Sequence record: DRR723986_5272
Direction: 5' to 3' (one strand)
DNA length: 62,213 bases
The notes below the pieces were generated by a model that was given only the letters and a program-made list of their open reading frames with translations, made no database searches and was not told where the DNA came from. Below are positions 1-9,180 of this stretch, one piece after another. The position numbers and the translations under genes are program-made. Within the stretch, counting starts at the first letter, position 1. Each line of letters starts with the position of its first letter.

Positions 1-36
1 GCCAGTGTTGCGCTCTCCCAGCTGAGCTATAGCCCC
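1..36 (-). tRNA. tRNA-Ala(GGC), 5' half (truncated by window edge)
   Basis: Reverse complement of 1-36 is GGGGCTATAGCTCAGCTGGGAGAGCGCAACACTGGC: canonical tRNA-Ala acceptor and D-arm, with anticodon GGC at tRNA positions 34-36. Confidence 0.93.
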
Positions 37-94
37 AAAATCTTTCTAACTCATTGATCGATCAGGACTTTTTACTTCCAGGTACGACCAAAGA

Positions 95-130
95 GACGCG
101 CATTTTAGTGAGTGGGCGGGACAGTGTCAA
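95..130 (-). promoter_or_regulatory. sigma70 stable-RNA promoter for tRNA-Ala
   Basis: Minus strand TTGACA (130-125), 17 bp, TAAAAT (107-102), followed by a GC-rich discriminator GCGCGTC. Confidence 0.85.
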
Positions 131-240
131 GGCGGGCACGCCCTGCCGGCGAGAGCCGCAAGGCCGCCGCCTGGCGGCCCGGGAAGTGCGCCCTGCCCGG
201 CCGTGTTAATCTCCGCAAACCACAACTCCGGAGTTGCATC

Positions 241-633
241 ATGCTTGCCAAATTTATTCTCTGGCTCTCGGCCATCGTGTTCACCAGTTATGGCCTGGTC
301 AGTTTCTTCGATCCCGCGGTGCCTGCCGGATACGCGGGCCTCGCTATGACCAGCGGCGACGCGGTGGCCGAGATCGGCGCCATGTACGGCGGCCTGCAAA
401 CAGGTTTCGGCCTGTTCTGCCTGCTGGCCGCGCTGCGCCCGGCGTATTACCAGGCGGGGCTAACGCTCCTGCTGATGTGTATCGGCCTGCTCGCCCTGGG
501 GCGTCTGTACTCGGCGCTGCTGGTGAGCGAACCCGTCGGGATGTACACCTGGGGCGCACTCGTTTTCGAGTTGGTGACGGCTACCCTCGCGGGCATCGCG
601 CTGGTACAGAGCGCTCGAATCAGCACTCGATAA
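241..633 (+). CDS. DUF4345-family membrane protein
   Basis: Four hydrophobic helices with the motif EIGAMYGG...GR; ATG at 241 preferred over the upstream GTG. Confidence 0.75.
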   Translation: MLAKFILWLSAIVFTSYGLVSFFDPAVPAGYAGLAMTSGDAVAEIGAMYGGLQTGFGLFCLLAALRPAYYQAGLTLLLMCIGLLALGRLYSALLVSEPVGMYTWGALVFELVTATLAGIALVQSARISTR

Positions 634-675
634 TACTGACCGGAACTTCCCGGCACGGTCACCGCCAGCGCGTGA

Positions 676-1428
676 TCAGGCGGCGTAACGCGCCTCGAGA
701 TAGGCCAGGATGGCCGCCGATTCGAACAGGCCCTCACCGGTATTGGGGTCGTAGAGATAGGGTATTGCCACCTTGCCCTCGTCTTGCTGCAGCTTGCGCC
801 GGTTTTCGAGGGCGCTGTCGGGTTCGATAGCGAGCGCCTGGCGCAGTGGCGGCACGATCCACTCCTGCAACTCGGTTCGACCACAGTTGCGCAGGATATA
901 GGGCACTTCCAGTTCGCACAGCAACTCGCGCACCGGACGCGCGTAGGGGCTGCCTTCAAAACTGTACAACTCCAGCATGTATTCGGGCAGTACGCCGGGG
1001 CGCGCCTGCATCCCCCTGCTAATGCGCGCGGCACTGGCCAGCATGGAGCCGAAGGTCTGCAGCTTGCCGGCGCGCCACTTCAGCGGCACGACGCCCGCGC
1101 CATAGGTCTCGAACAGGTAGGCAATAATATTGAGCGATTCATACATGGCCGTGCCCGTGTTCGGGTCCACCAGATACGGAAACTGGGCCTTGCCGCCATC
1201 GGCCACTACCTGCGGGCGATAACGCTCGCCGTTTTTCGGGCAAGGGTAGATTTCCACGTCCAGCCCGAGCTCGGTCAATGCCTCGCGCACCAGGCGGCAA
1301 TACGGACAGTTCTCAATGTCATACAGCTGCAAGGTGCGCTGTGGTACCACCGTCGCCGGCTCACAACGAATGCCCGTAGTGCCTCGAACCGCTGTCGCCA
1401 GCAGTGAGGTGAACAGGTTACCCGCCAT
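676..1428 (-). CDS. Tandem glutaredoxin/GST N-terminal domain protein
   Basis: Two thioredoxin-fold repeats (CPYC...[14 protein letters not shown] and SPYA...[13 protein letters not shown]); start overlaps the gltX stop. Confidence 0.8.
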   Translation of the reverse strand: MAGNLFTSLLATAVRGTTGIRCEPATVVPQRTLQLYDIENCPYCRLVREALTELGLDVEIYPCPKNGERYRPQVVADGGKAQFPYLVDPNTGTAMYESLNIIAYLFETYGAGVVPLKWRAGKLQTFGSMLASAARISRGMQARPGVLPEYMLELYSFEGSPYARPVRELLCELEVPYILRNCGRTELQEWIVPPLRQALAIEPDSALENRRKLQQDEGKVAIPYLYDPNTGEGLFESAAILAYLEARYAA

Positions 1429-2920
1429 GGCCTGCACCCTGGAGCTGCTGGTATTCCTTTTCGAAACGTTTCAGCGCTTTCTTCGACACTCCGCCCAACA
1501 CCTCGATGGCATGGCGAATGCGGGCACGGCTCATATCCGGTCCCAGCATTTCCATCGAGTCGACGACGGAGAAGGACGCACTGGTGCCGGCAATCGCCAC
1601 GAACAGCGGCGCGAGAAAATCTTTCACCTTGATCCCCATCGCGTCGGCCAGGCCCTTGAGGTCATTCCAGACAGTATCCCGGGTCCAGTGCCGCTGGGCT
1701 TCCAGCGTCCACAGCGCGAACTGCAGGCCTTTGACCAGCTCCTCGCGCTCCGAACGAATCCCGTCGAAATCCGCTTCGGTGATCGGCAAGGTGCCAGATA
1801 CCAGGAAACCGGCCAGCGGCGCGAAATCGCTCAGGGTTTCCATCCGCTTCTGGGCGTGGGGCAGCACCTTCCGCAGGTTCTCGTCATTGAAGGCCCAGGT
1901 CACCAGGCGCTGGGCCAGCTGCGCCTCGCTGAGGTCTTCGCGAATCCACAGCCCGTTGAGCCAGCTCAGTTTTTCCACATCGAAGATCGGGCCACCCAGG
2001 GACACGCGCTGGATATCGAAATGCGCCTGCATCTCGGGCAGGGAGAATTTCTCCCGCTCATCGGGCATCGACCAACCCATGCGGCCGAGGTAGTTGAGCA
2101 GGGCCTCGGGCAGATAGCCCATGCGCTGGTAGTACAGGATACTGGTGGGGTTCTTGCGTTTGCTGAGCTTGGACTTGTCCGGGTTGCGCAGCAGGGGCAG
2201 GTGGCACAGTACCGGCATGTCCCAGCCGAAGTATTCATAAAGGAGCTTGTGCTTGGGTGCCGAGTTGATCCACTCCTCACCACGCAGCACGTGGGTGATA
2301 CCCATGAGGTGATCATCCACCACGTTGGCCAGGTGGTAGGTGGGCATGCCGTCTGACTTGAGCAGGATCTGCGCGTCCACCATGCCCCAGTCCAGTTCGA
2401 TGGTACCGCGCAGCAGGTCATCCACCGCACAGCTGCCCTCCTCTTCCGGCACCATCATGCGGATGACATAGGCATCCCCCGCGGCACGTCGCTTTTCGAT
2501 CTCGTGATCCGGCAGCATCAGGTCCGAGGGCTTCAGTGCGGTGCTGTTGCCGGCGGCACGCCGCTTTTCACGCAACGCATCGAGTTCCTCGGGCGTGCGG
2601 TAGCACAGGAAGGCCTTACCGGATGCCACCAACTGCTGCGCATACTCGCCGTAGAGCTCCATGCGCTCACTTTGCCGGTAGGGGCCATGCGCGCCACCGA
2701 CGTCGGGGCCTTCATCCCATTCGAGACCCAGCCAGCGCAGCGAGTCGAGGATCGCCTGTTCAGACTCCCTGGTGCTGCGCGCCTGGTCGGTGTCTTCGAT
2801 GCGCAGCAGAAACTGGCCGCCGTGGGCCCGGGCGAAACAGAGATTGAACAGGGCGATGTAGGCAGTGCCTACGTGCGGGTCGCCGGTGGGTGATGGTGCG
2901 ACGCGGGTACGAACGGTCAT
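1418..2920 (-). CDS. gltX: Glutamate--tRNA ligase
   Basis: [11 protein letters not shown] (HIGH motif), RIEDTD, KLSKR (KMSKS motif). Confidence 0.97.
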   Translation of the reverse strand: MTVRTRVAPSPTGDPHVGTAYIALFNLCFARAHGGQFLLRIEDTDQARSTRESEQAILDSLRWLGLEWDEGPDVGGAHGPYRQSERMELYGEYAQQLVASGKAFLCYRTPEELDALREKRRAAGNSTALKPSDLMLPDHEIEKRRAAGDAYVIRMMVPEEEGSCAVDDLLRGTIELDWGMVDAQILLKSDGMPTYHLANVVDDHLMGITHVLRGEEWINSAPKHKLLYEYFGWDMPVLCHLPLLRNPDKSKLSKRKNPTSILYYQRMGYLPEALLNYLGRMGWSMPDEREKFSLPEMQAHFDIQRVSLGGPIFDVEKLSWLNGLWIREDLSEAQLAQRLVTWAFNDENLRKVLPHAQKRMETLSDFAPLAGFLVSGTLPITEADFDGIRSEREELVKGLQFALWTLEAQRHWTRDTVWNDLKGLADAMGIKVKDFLAPLFVAIAGTSASFSVVDSMEMLGPDMSRARIRHAIEVLGGVSKKALKRFEKEYQQLQGAGHGG

Positions 2921-2992
2921 GGCATTACTTCAGCTGGGGCGGGGCTGCCGATTATACGGACTCGCCCCGGGGAAACCCACACCCCCGCTGCG

Positions 2993-3739
2993 TCAGGGGC
3001 GCATAAACTGGCCACCATCCACGTTCATGATATGCCCGGTAACCCAGCTGGCTTCATCGCTGAGCAGGAACAGGGCAGCATTGGCCATATCCTCGGGCTT
3101 GCCCAGGCGCTTGATCGGCATGCTCTTGATCATTTCCCGGGCGTAATCACCGGCGGTTTTCTCCAGCGCCCCGGTCTCCGTTGGCCCTGGCGCGATGGCA
3201 TTGACCCGGATATTGCGCCAGCCCAACTCATTGGCCAGCGACTGGGTAATACCGTTGACCGCGAGCTTGGCCACCCCGTAGAAACCGGTGCTCATCCAGG
3301 CCGCGGTGGAGGACTGGTTGATAATCGCGCCGCCGCCCCCGGCGGTCATGGCATCCACCACCGCGCGGGTCATGATCAGGCAGCCGTGGGCATTAACCCG
3401 CATGAAGCGTTCCAGGTAATCCATATCGACGGTGAGATAGCCCTCGATGCGCATGTCACCGAAAATCGCCGCGTTATTGATGAGGTAATCGATGCCCCCG
3501 AAAGTGGCAACGGTTTCTTCGGCGCACCGGGTCGCCGAGGCCTCGTCGCCAACATCGGTTTTCACAAACAGTGCGCTGCCGCCGGCGGCGGTGATATCCG
3601 CCGCTACCCGCTGCCCGTTCTCCTCATTCAGCTCGGCAATCACCACGTTCATACCCTGCGCGGCGCAGCTGCGTGCATAGGCCTCGCCAATCCCGCCGCC
3701 GGCCCCGGTGACAATCAGTGTTTTACCCGTGAAATCCAT
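2993..3739 (-). CDS. SDR-family oxidoreductase (Rv0769-like)
   Basis: TGAGGGIG, NNAA, NQSSTAAW, YGVAK motifs. Confidence 0.9.
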   Translation of the reverse strand: MDFTGKTLIVTGAGGGIGEAYARSCAAQGMNVVIAELNEENGQRVAADITAAGGSALFVKTDVGDEASATRCAEETVATFGGIDYLINNAAIFGDMRIEGYLTVDMDYLERFMRVNAHGCLIMTRAVVDAMTAGGGGAIINQSSTAAWMSTGFYGVAKLAVNGITQSLANELGWRNIRVNAIAPGPTETGALEKTAGDYAREMIKSMPIKRLGKPEDMANAALFLLSDEASWVTGHIMNVDGGQFMRP

Positions 3740-3757
3740 GTGCGGTGCTCCTGCGTG

Positions 3758-4528
3758 TCAGATCTTGAGTTTTGGTGAAAGGCGATTCGGCCGGACCTCG
3801 AGCAGGTCCACCGCTGTCCCGGCCGGCTGCTGCAGGCAGTAAACGACCGCGTCGGCCACCTGCTCCACTTCCATCCCGGTGTCCATGTGTGGCCCGGTGT
3901 CGTGCCAGGCGTTGAGGCCTGCGCGCAGCGCGGATTCGTCCCAGCCGTCCGAGAACGTGGTCCAGGCGCCACCGGGCCGGATGCAGCTGACGCCAACCCC
4001 GTCCGGCTGCAACTCTTCCCGCAGGTCACGGGTGAAGCGCTCGACCGCCGCCTTGCTGGCGGCGTAAATCGACAGGTGACTCATTTCGTCGTAGTGCCAG
4101 GCGGACGCTGACGACACGTTGATGATGCGCGGATCCGGGGCGCCGCGCAGCAGCGGAATAGCCGCCTGGCTAGCGAACACGGTGCCGAGAAAGTTGGTAT
4201 TCACCTGCAATACGACCTCGGCGGGCACCAGGGCCTCAACCGCGTTGGGTCGCGCCAGGCCGGCGTTATTGACCAGGGCGTCGAAGCGACCAAAGGCATC
4301 GCGCAGCGCTTCCAGCGCGCCTGCCGTTGCCTGTGCATCGGCAACATCAACCACAAAACCCCTTGCTCGCTGTTCACCACCGAGCTCCGCTACCGCCGCC
4401 TCCAGGGCCTCGGATGAGCGGGCCAACAGCCCGACCCGGGCCCCCGCCGCCACCAGGTGGCGGGCAATGGCCAGACCAAAACCCCGGGATCCACCGGTAA
4501 TCGCTATCACACTGTCGCGCAATTCCAT
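3758..4528 (-). CDS. SDR-family oxidoreductase (possibly Rv0765c-like)
   Basis: TGGSRGFG, NNAG, YAASK motifs. Confidence 0.88.
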   Translation of the reverse strand: MELRDSVIAITGGSRGFGLAIARHLVAAGARVGLLARSSEALEAAVAELGGEQRARGFVVDVADAQATAGALEALRDAFGRFDALVNNAGLARPNAVEALVPAEVVLQVNTNFLGTVFASQAAIPLLRGAPDPRIINVSSASAWHYDEMSHLSIYAASKAAVERFTRDLREELQPDGVGVSCIRPGGAWTTFSDGWDESALRAGLNAWHDTGPHMDTGMEVEQVADAVVYCLQQPAGTAVDLLEVRPNRLSPKLKI

Positions 4529-5994
4529 CAGGCAACACCGATCGCGATCGTCTTGGTCTCAAGGTATTCCTCAAAGCCCTCGCGGCCCATTTCCCGGCCA
4601 ATACCGCTCTGCTTGTAGCCGCCGAAGGGGGCATCCGCCGCGTAATAGTTGCCGCCATTAACGGTCACGGTGCCGGAGCGCAGGCGACGCGCCACGGCCA
4701 GGGCCCGCTCCTCGCTGGCTGACCACACCCCGGCGGACAGGCCGAAATCACTGTCGTTGGCGATGCGCACTGCATCGTCCTCGTCGTCGTAGGCGATAAC
4801 CGACAGCACCGGGCCGAAAATCTCTTCCCGGGCGATCGTCATATCATTGGTCACGTCCACGAACACGGTGGGTTCGATGTAGTAACCATGTTCCAGCTGT
4901 GCCGGCGTGCCGCCGCCCAGCAGCAGGCGCGCGCCCTCCGCCTTGCCTTTCTCGATGTAGGACAACACCCGGTCGCGCTGCCGGGCATTGACCACCGGGC
5001 CCATGATCTGGCTGTCCGACTCCGGGTCACCGTACTCGATGAACCCGAAATACGCGGGCAGTAACTGTTCGACCTCCGCCTGCCGGGACCGCGGCACCAG
5101 CAGCCGGGTGTGGATTGCACAGCCCTGCCCTGCATGGAAACACACCGCGAGGCAGCTCAGCAGGCTCTGGGACAGGTCGGCGTCGTCGAGCATGATATTG
5201 GCCGATTTGCCGCCCAGTTCCAGAAACACCTTCTTCACGGTCTGGGCCGCCAGCGCCATGATGCGCTTGCCGACAGCGGTCGAGCCGGTAAAGGAAATCA
5301 TATCGACCCGCGGGTCACTGACCAGCTGCTCACCGAGCTCGCGGGGATCACTGGCTGTTATCACGTTGAACACGCCCGGCGGGATATCCGTGTGCTCGGC
5401 CACGATGCGACCGAGCATGGTCGCCGACCAGGGCGTATCCGGCGCCGGCTTGAGCACCACGGTGCAGCCCGCCGCCAGCGCGGGTATGCACTTTGCGAGA
5501 TTAATCTGCAGCGGCACGTTCCAGGGAGTGATACAGCCCACTACCCCGATTGCTTCCTTCTCCACCAGTCGACGGCTCTTCTGGCCAAGCGGTTCTGCGA
5601 TGCCGAGGTCGCGGCTCCACTGGAACTGCGGCAGCTGTTCCAGGGTGTAGTCGATGAAGCCAATCGGCACATCACACTGCGGCCCGCTGGCGCCGCAGAT
5701 ACCGAGCGGCGCGCCGGTCTCGGCGGAGATCATAGCGCGCAGCTCGTCCTGCACGGCCAGTAGCCCGTCGCGCAGCTGGGTCAGGCAATGCAGGCGGAAG
5801 GCGTGATTGGTCGACCAGTCTGTGCTGTCAAAGGCGCGGCGGGCGGCAGCTATGGCCTGCTCCATATCCTCGGGAGTCGCATCGGCCACGTGGCCAATCA
5901 CTGCCTCGGTCGCCGGCGCAATATTGGGGTAAACGCGGCCGCCGCTGGTGCCAACCAGCTGGCCGTCGATCAGGAGACGGGATTCAGCGTGCAT
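4528..5994 (-). CDS. Aldehyde dehydrogenase (AldA/Rv0768-like subfamily)
   Basis: ITPWN, KPAPDTPW, FTGST, LELGGKS, HAGQGC (catalytic Cys), EEIFGP, PFGGYKQSGIGRE. Confidence 0.93.
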   Translation of the reverse strand: MHAESRLLIDGQLVGTSGGRVYPNIAPATEAVIGHVADATPEDMEQAIAAARRAFDSTDWSTNHAFRLHCLTQLRDGLLAVQDELRAMISAETGAPLGICGASGPQCDVPIGFIDYTLEQLPQFQWSRDLGIAEPLGQKSRRLVEKEAIGVVGCITPWNVPLQINLAKCIPALAAGCTVVLKPAPDTPWSATMLGRIVAEHTDIPPGVFNVITASDPRELGEQLVSDPRVDMISFTGSTAVGKRIMALAAQTVKKVFLELGGKSANIMLDDADLSQSLLSCLAVCFHAGQGCAIHTRLLVPRSRQAEVEQLLPAYFGFIEYGDPESDSQIMGPVVNARQRDRVLSYIEKGKAEGARLLLGGGTPAQLEHGYYIEPTVFVDVTNDMTIAREEIFGPVLSVIAYDDEDDAVRIANDSDFGLSAGVWSASEERALAVARRLRSGTVTVNGGNYYAADAPFGGYKQSGIGREMGREGFEEYLETKTIAIGVA

Positions 5995-5996
5995 AG

Positions 5997-6854
5997 TCAG
6001 GCCTTATTAATAAACATCGGGTAAACCACCTCGCGCAGGCGCTCGGTGGAGGGCAGGGTCACGCCCATCTCCCGCGCACTCTGCAGCGCGCAGTCGAGGT
6101 CTTTCTCGCCGAGACGGCCGAAAGCGCCGAAAATCTCGTCCATCTGCTGCTCCGTGCAACTGGCCGCCAGCGCGTTGCGGTTACTGACGAACTGGAACAT
6201 GGACTCATTCACCACGCCATTGGACTTGCCTACCTCGCGCAGCAGTTCGGCGGACAAGCCAGCCGCTTCTGCCAGACGGGTGGCCTCGGACATGGCCAGG
6301 AATTCGGCGTAGGTCATCACGTTATTGCACAGCTTCAGCAGCAATCCGGCGCCGGTCGGGCCCGCGTGGATAATGCTGTCCGCCGAGGTGGCGAAAACCG
6401 GGCGCGCCCGCTCCAGATCGGCGGCATCGCCCCCGACCATGTAGCACAGGGTGCCCGCTTCAGCGCCCTGGGCGCCGCCGGATATAGCGGCGTCAATCAG
6501 CACCAGGTCACGCTGTTGCGCATCGGCAGCCCATTGCAGCAGGGCATCGCGAGTAACGGTGGAGTGGATTGCCACCAGGGTGCCGGCGGCGGCGTTCTCG
6601 AGTATGCCGTCAGCGCCGTACAGCAGCGCTTCCACCTGGGCGTTATCGCGAACACAGATGCCGATGTGGCTGCACTGCCGGGCCAGGGACGCGACGCTGT
6701 CGTGGGACCTTGCACCCAGGGCGGCAAGTTCTTCCACCGCGGGGGTATACACATCGAAGACGTGGGCATTGAGTCCGTCACGGATCAGGTGGCGCGCCGA
6801 AGGCTTGCCGATATTACCGAGGCCAATGTAACCAACCTCATGTACCTGCTGCAT
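5997..6854 (-). CDS. NAD(P)-dependent oxidoreductase, beta-hydroxyacid dehydrogenase family (Rv0770-like)
   Basis: GYIGLGNIG, DAAISGG, KLCNN, GEKDL; GGGAG RBS before ATG 6854. Confidence 0.88.
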   Translation of the reverse strand: MQQVHEVGYIGLGNIGKPSARHLIRDGLNAHVFDVYTPAVEELAALGARSHDSVASLARQCSHIGICVRDNAQVEALLYGADGILENAAAGTLVAIHSTVTRDALLQWAADAQQRDLVLIDAAISGGAQGAEAGTLCYMVGGDAADLERARPVFATSADSIIHAGPTGAGLLLKLCNNVMTYAEFLAMSEATRLAEAAGLSAELLREVGKSNGVVNESMFQFVSNRNALAASCTEQQMDEIFGAFGRLGEKDLDCALQSAREMGVTLPSTERLREVVYPMFINKA

Positions 6855-6900
6855 AGCGTGTTCTCCCATCGAGGGCCAGCATCGAGCGCCGGGTGACCCG

Positions 6901-6964
6901 AGTCTAGAAATGCCCGCATTTTATGTCAAGCGTGTTTGACTATTAGTCAACTGCTACTTACTAT
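6901..6964. promoter_or_regulatory. Overlapping divergent promoters with two tandem operator sites
   Basis: Minus: TTGACA (6929-6924), 17 bp, TAGACT (6906-6901). Plus: TTGACT (6936-6941), 17 bp, TACTAT (6959-6964). Sites GTCAA-N6-TTGAC (6925-6940) and GTCAA-N6-CTTAC (6946-6961). Confidence 0.75.
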
Positions 6965-6970
6965 TTCGCC

Positions 6971-8020
6971 ATGAACAAGGCAGTGACCGCCAACAACGCT
7001 CACCATCAGGCCATGGCGCGGTACCGCGACAATGCGGCTCGCCACCTGCTGGGCGTTTCTCGCCACTGCCAGGCGACCATTATGCATCGGCTGTCCGTGG
7101 ACTGCGGCCACCGGGCATTGAAGCTCGGCTTCGAACCCTATGTGAGCCTGTTGGCCGCTGGCGACCTGCGCCTCAGTGAGCTGTCGAGCGCGCTCGGGGT
7201 CTCGCGCCAGGCCGCCCAGCAAACGATCGACGCGATCGAAGCCGCCGGTTACCTCACCCGCGGCACGGATCCCGCCGATGGCCGGGCCAAGCGCATTGCG
7301 CTGACTACCCGCGGCTGGCAATTGATCGAGGACGGGCTGCAGGCGGCGCAACAGCTCGAACAGCACTACGGCTCGGTGGTGGGCGCCGCCGAACTGGCCG
7401 CCGCTACCGATACCCTGCGCCGGCTGGCACAGGCCCTGGCGCTACCCTTACAGGACGCTGAGGCCAACGGTGCTGCTGCCCCGCTATCGGCGCTGCTGCC
7501 GCGGGTGAAAGACCACGTGATGCACCGCCTGATGGCCCTGACGGTGGCGCGCGGACACCCCGCGCTGAAGCTGTCCTTCGGCCAGGTACTGACCCTGATC
7601 GGCCCCGAAGGTGGCAGCATCCAGCATATTGCCCGGGTACAGGGCGTGAGCAAACAGGCCATCAGCGCGATTGCGGTGGAACTGGAGCGACTCGGCTACC
7701 TGCAACGCGAGACCGATACCCGGGACGCGCGCCAGGTGGTACTGCAGTTCAGCCCGGCCGGTATCGAGCTGATCGCCGACTCGGTCGCCAGCGTAGCGGA
7801 GCTGGAAGACGAATACGCCGACCTGCTGGGCCGGCAGCGATGGAACCGCGCTAAGCGCGTTATCGAGCGCCTGTATCAGGCACTCGAACTGGAACAGGAT
7901 ATTTTCAGCGCGGCACCCGCGCAGGATATCAGGGCCCTGGCTTACCAGCTCCGCCGCCAGCTCGGCGGTCGCAGTGCCAGGGCGCTGGGTGAATTATTAC
8001 TGACGGGCAACCCCGTTTAG
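6971..8020 (+). CDS. Tandem (two-domain) MarR-family transcriptional regulator
   Basis: Two internal wHTH repeats, each GHxALKLxF...GVS(R/K)QA...GYLxR..D..D.R. Confidence 0.88.
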   Translation: MNKAVTANNAHHQAMARYRDNAARHLLGVSRHCQATIMHRLSVDCGHRALKLGFEPYVSLLAAGDLRLSELSSALGVSRQAAQQTIDAIEAAGYLTRGTDPADGRAKRIALTTRGWQLIEDGLQAAQQLEQHYGSVVGAAELAAATDTLRRLAQALALPLQDAEANGAAAPLSALLPRVKDHVMHRLMALTVARGHPALKLSFGQVLTLIGPEGGSIQHIARVQGVSKQAISAIAVELERLGYLQRETDTRDARQVVLQFSPAGIELIADSVASVAELEDEYADLLGRQRWNRAKRVIERLYQALELEQDIFSAAPAQDIRALAYQLRRQLGGRSARALGELLLTGNPV

Positions 8021-8029
8021 AGGATCGAC

Positions 8030-8755
8030 ATGACTGAACAACTGGCAACACTTCTCGAACACTACAGCTGGCAGGGCTCGCTGCTGTGCCTGGCGGGGAT
8101 TATCCTGCTGACCAAGGTGGGCAAGGCGCTGGTATTTCGCGTTCCCGCCTTTGCTGAATCCAAGCGGCTGAACCGCGTGCAGGACAAGCAGAAACTGGCC
8201 AAGGACAAGTACCCACCCATGGTGAAGGCGAGCCAGAAGATCGGCCTGTACTGCAACATCGCCTTCTTCACCGTGGTACTTCCCTTCTGCGTCACCCTCG
8301 AACTGACCAACTGGTGGCTGATACCGCTGCACATAGTGGCTATCCTGATGTTCTATGATTTTTTCTACTACCTGATGCACCGCTTCTGGTTCCACGGCCA
8401 GGGCAAGATGCGCCAGGTGCACGCGGTACACCACCAGGCGCGCAAACCAACCTACATCGATGCGCATTACGTACACCCGACGGAAACCTTCCTCGGCCTG
8501 ACACTGTTTTTTGCCTCCATCGCCGTCATGGCGGCGTTCTTCGGCCCGTTTCACGTGGTAACGATTGCCGTGCTGTACGTGCTCTATGTCCAGCTCAACC
8601 AGATCAACCACACGCTGATCGAGCTGCCCTACTTCCCGTTCCGCACCCTGACCTGGATCACCGCCAAGCACCACAAGCACCATGAGAATATGCATAAGGG
8701 CAACTACGCAACGATTACCCTGCTGTACGACAAGCTGTTCGGCACTTTTGACTGA
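8030..8755 (+). CDS. Sterol desaturase / fatty acid hydroxylase family membrane diiron enzyme
   Basis: His boxes HRFWFH, HAVHH, NH, HHKHH; GNYA...DKLFGT; TM helices. Confidence 0.9.
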   Translation: MTEQLATLLEHYSWQGSLLCLAGIILLTKVGKALVFRVPAFAESKRLNRVQDKQKLAKDKYPPMVKASQKIGLYCNIAFFTVVLPFCVTLELTNWWLIPLHIVAILMFYDFFYYLMHRFWFHGQGKMRQVHAVHHQARKPTYIDAHYVHPTETFLGLTLFFASIAVMAAFFGPFHVVTIAVLYVLYVQLNQINHTLIELPYFPFRTLTWITAKHHKHHENMHKGNYATITLLYDKLFGTFD

Positions 8756-8773
8756 AGCGCAAGGAAACGACTC

Positions 8774-9160
8774 ATGAGCGACAAGACACGGCGCCAGATT
8801 GGCGAGGAAATGATTCGGGATGTGTATGCCGGTGATGTGATAGTCCCGCCGGAGGGTTATGCGTTTACCGACGTCATGCTGGAACAGCTGTTTGCCGAAC
8901 TATGGACCCGCGACACCCTGTCCATGCGCGACAAACGTATCCTGCTGATCGGCATCATTGCCGAAAAAGGCGAGCCCACCACCATGAAGATCCAGGTGAA
9001 GGCGTCCCTGAAGCGCGGTGAGATGACGCCGGATGAGGCGCGCGAGCTGTTGCTGTTCATTGCCCAGTACGCGGGCTATCCGCGGGCTGCCTCCATGCTG
9101 GCGCCGATAGAAGAGGCCATCGCCGAATTCCAGCAGCAGGCAAACGGGGACGCCAGCTGA
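8774..9160 (+). CDS. Carboxymuconolactone decarboxylase (CMD/AhpD-like) family protein (Rv0771-like)
   Basis: LFAELWTRDTLSMRDKR...YAGYPRA motif. Confidence 0.85.
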   Translation: MSDKTRRQIGEEMIRDVYAGDVIVPPEGYAFTDVMLEQLFAELWTRDTLSMRDKRILLIGIIAEKGEPTTMKIQVKASLKRGEMTPDEARELLLFIAQYAGYPRAASMLAPIEEAIAEFQQQANGDAS

Positions 9161-9180
9161 TCGCAGGGCAGCAGCCGCTA

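Noticed and set aside
55-64. TGATCGATCA palindrome resembling an FNR half-site pair
   Set aside because: The spacer is 2 bp rather than 4 and it lies in the tRNA leader downstream of the promoter
1316-2356. 346-aa plus-strand ORF antisense to gltX, and similar long ORFs such as 20997-22022, 31756-32943, 41483-42583 and 57326-58384
   Set aside because: Antisense shadow frames of real genes, expected at high GC; no recognisable motifs
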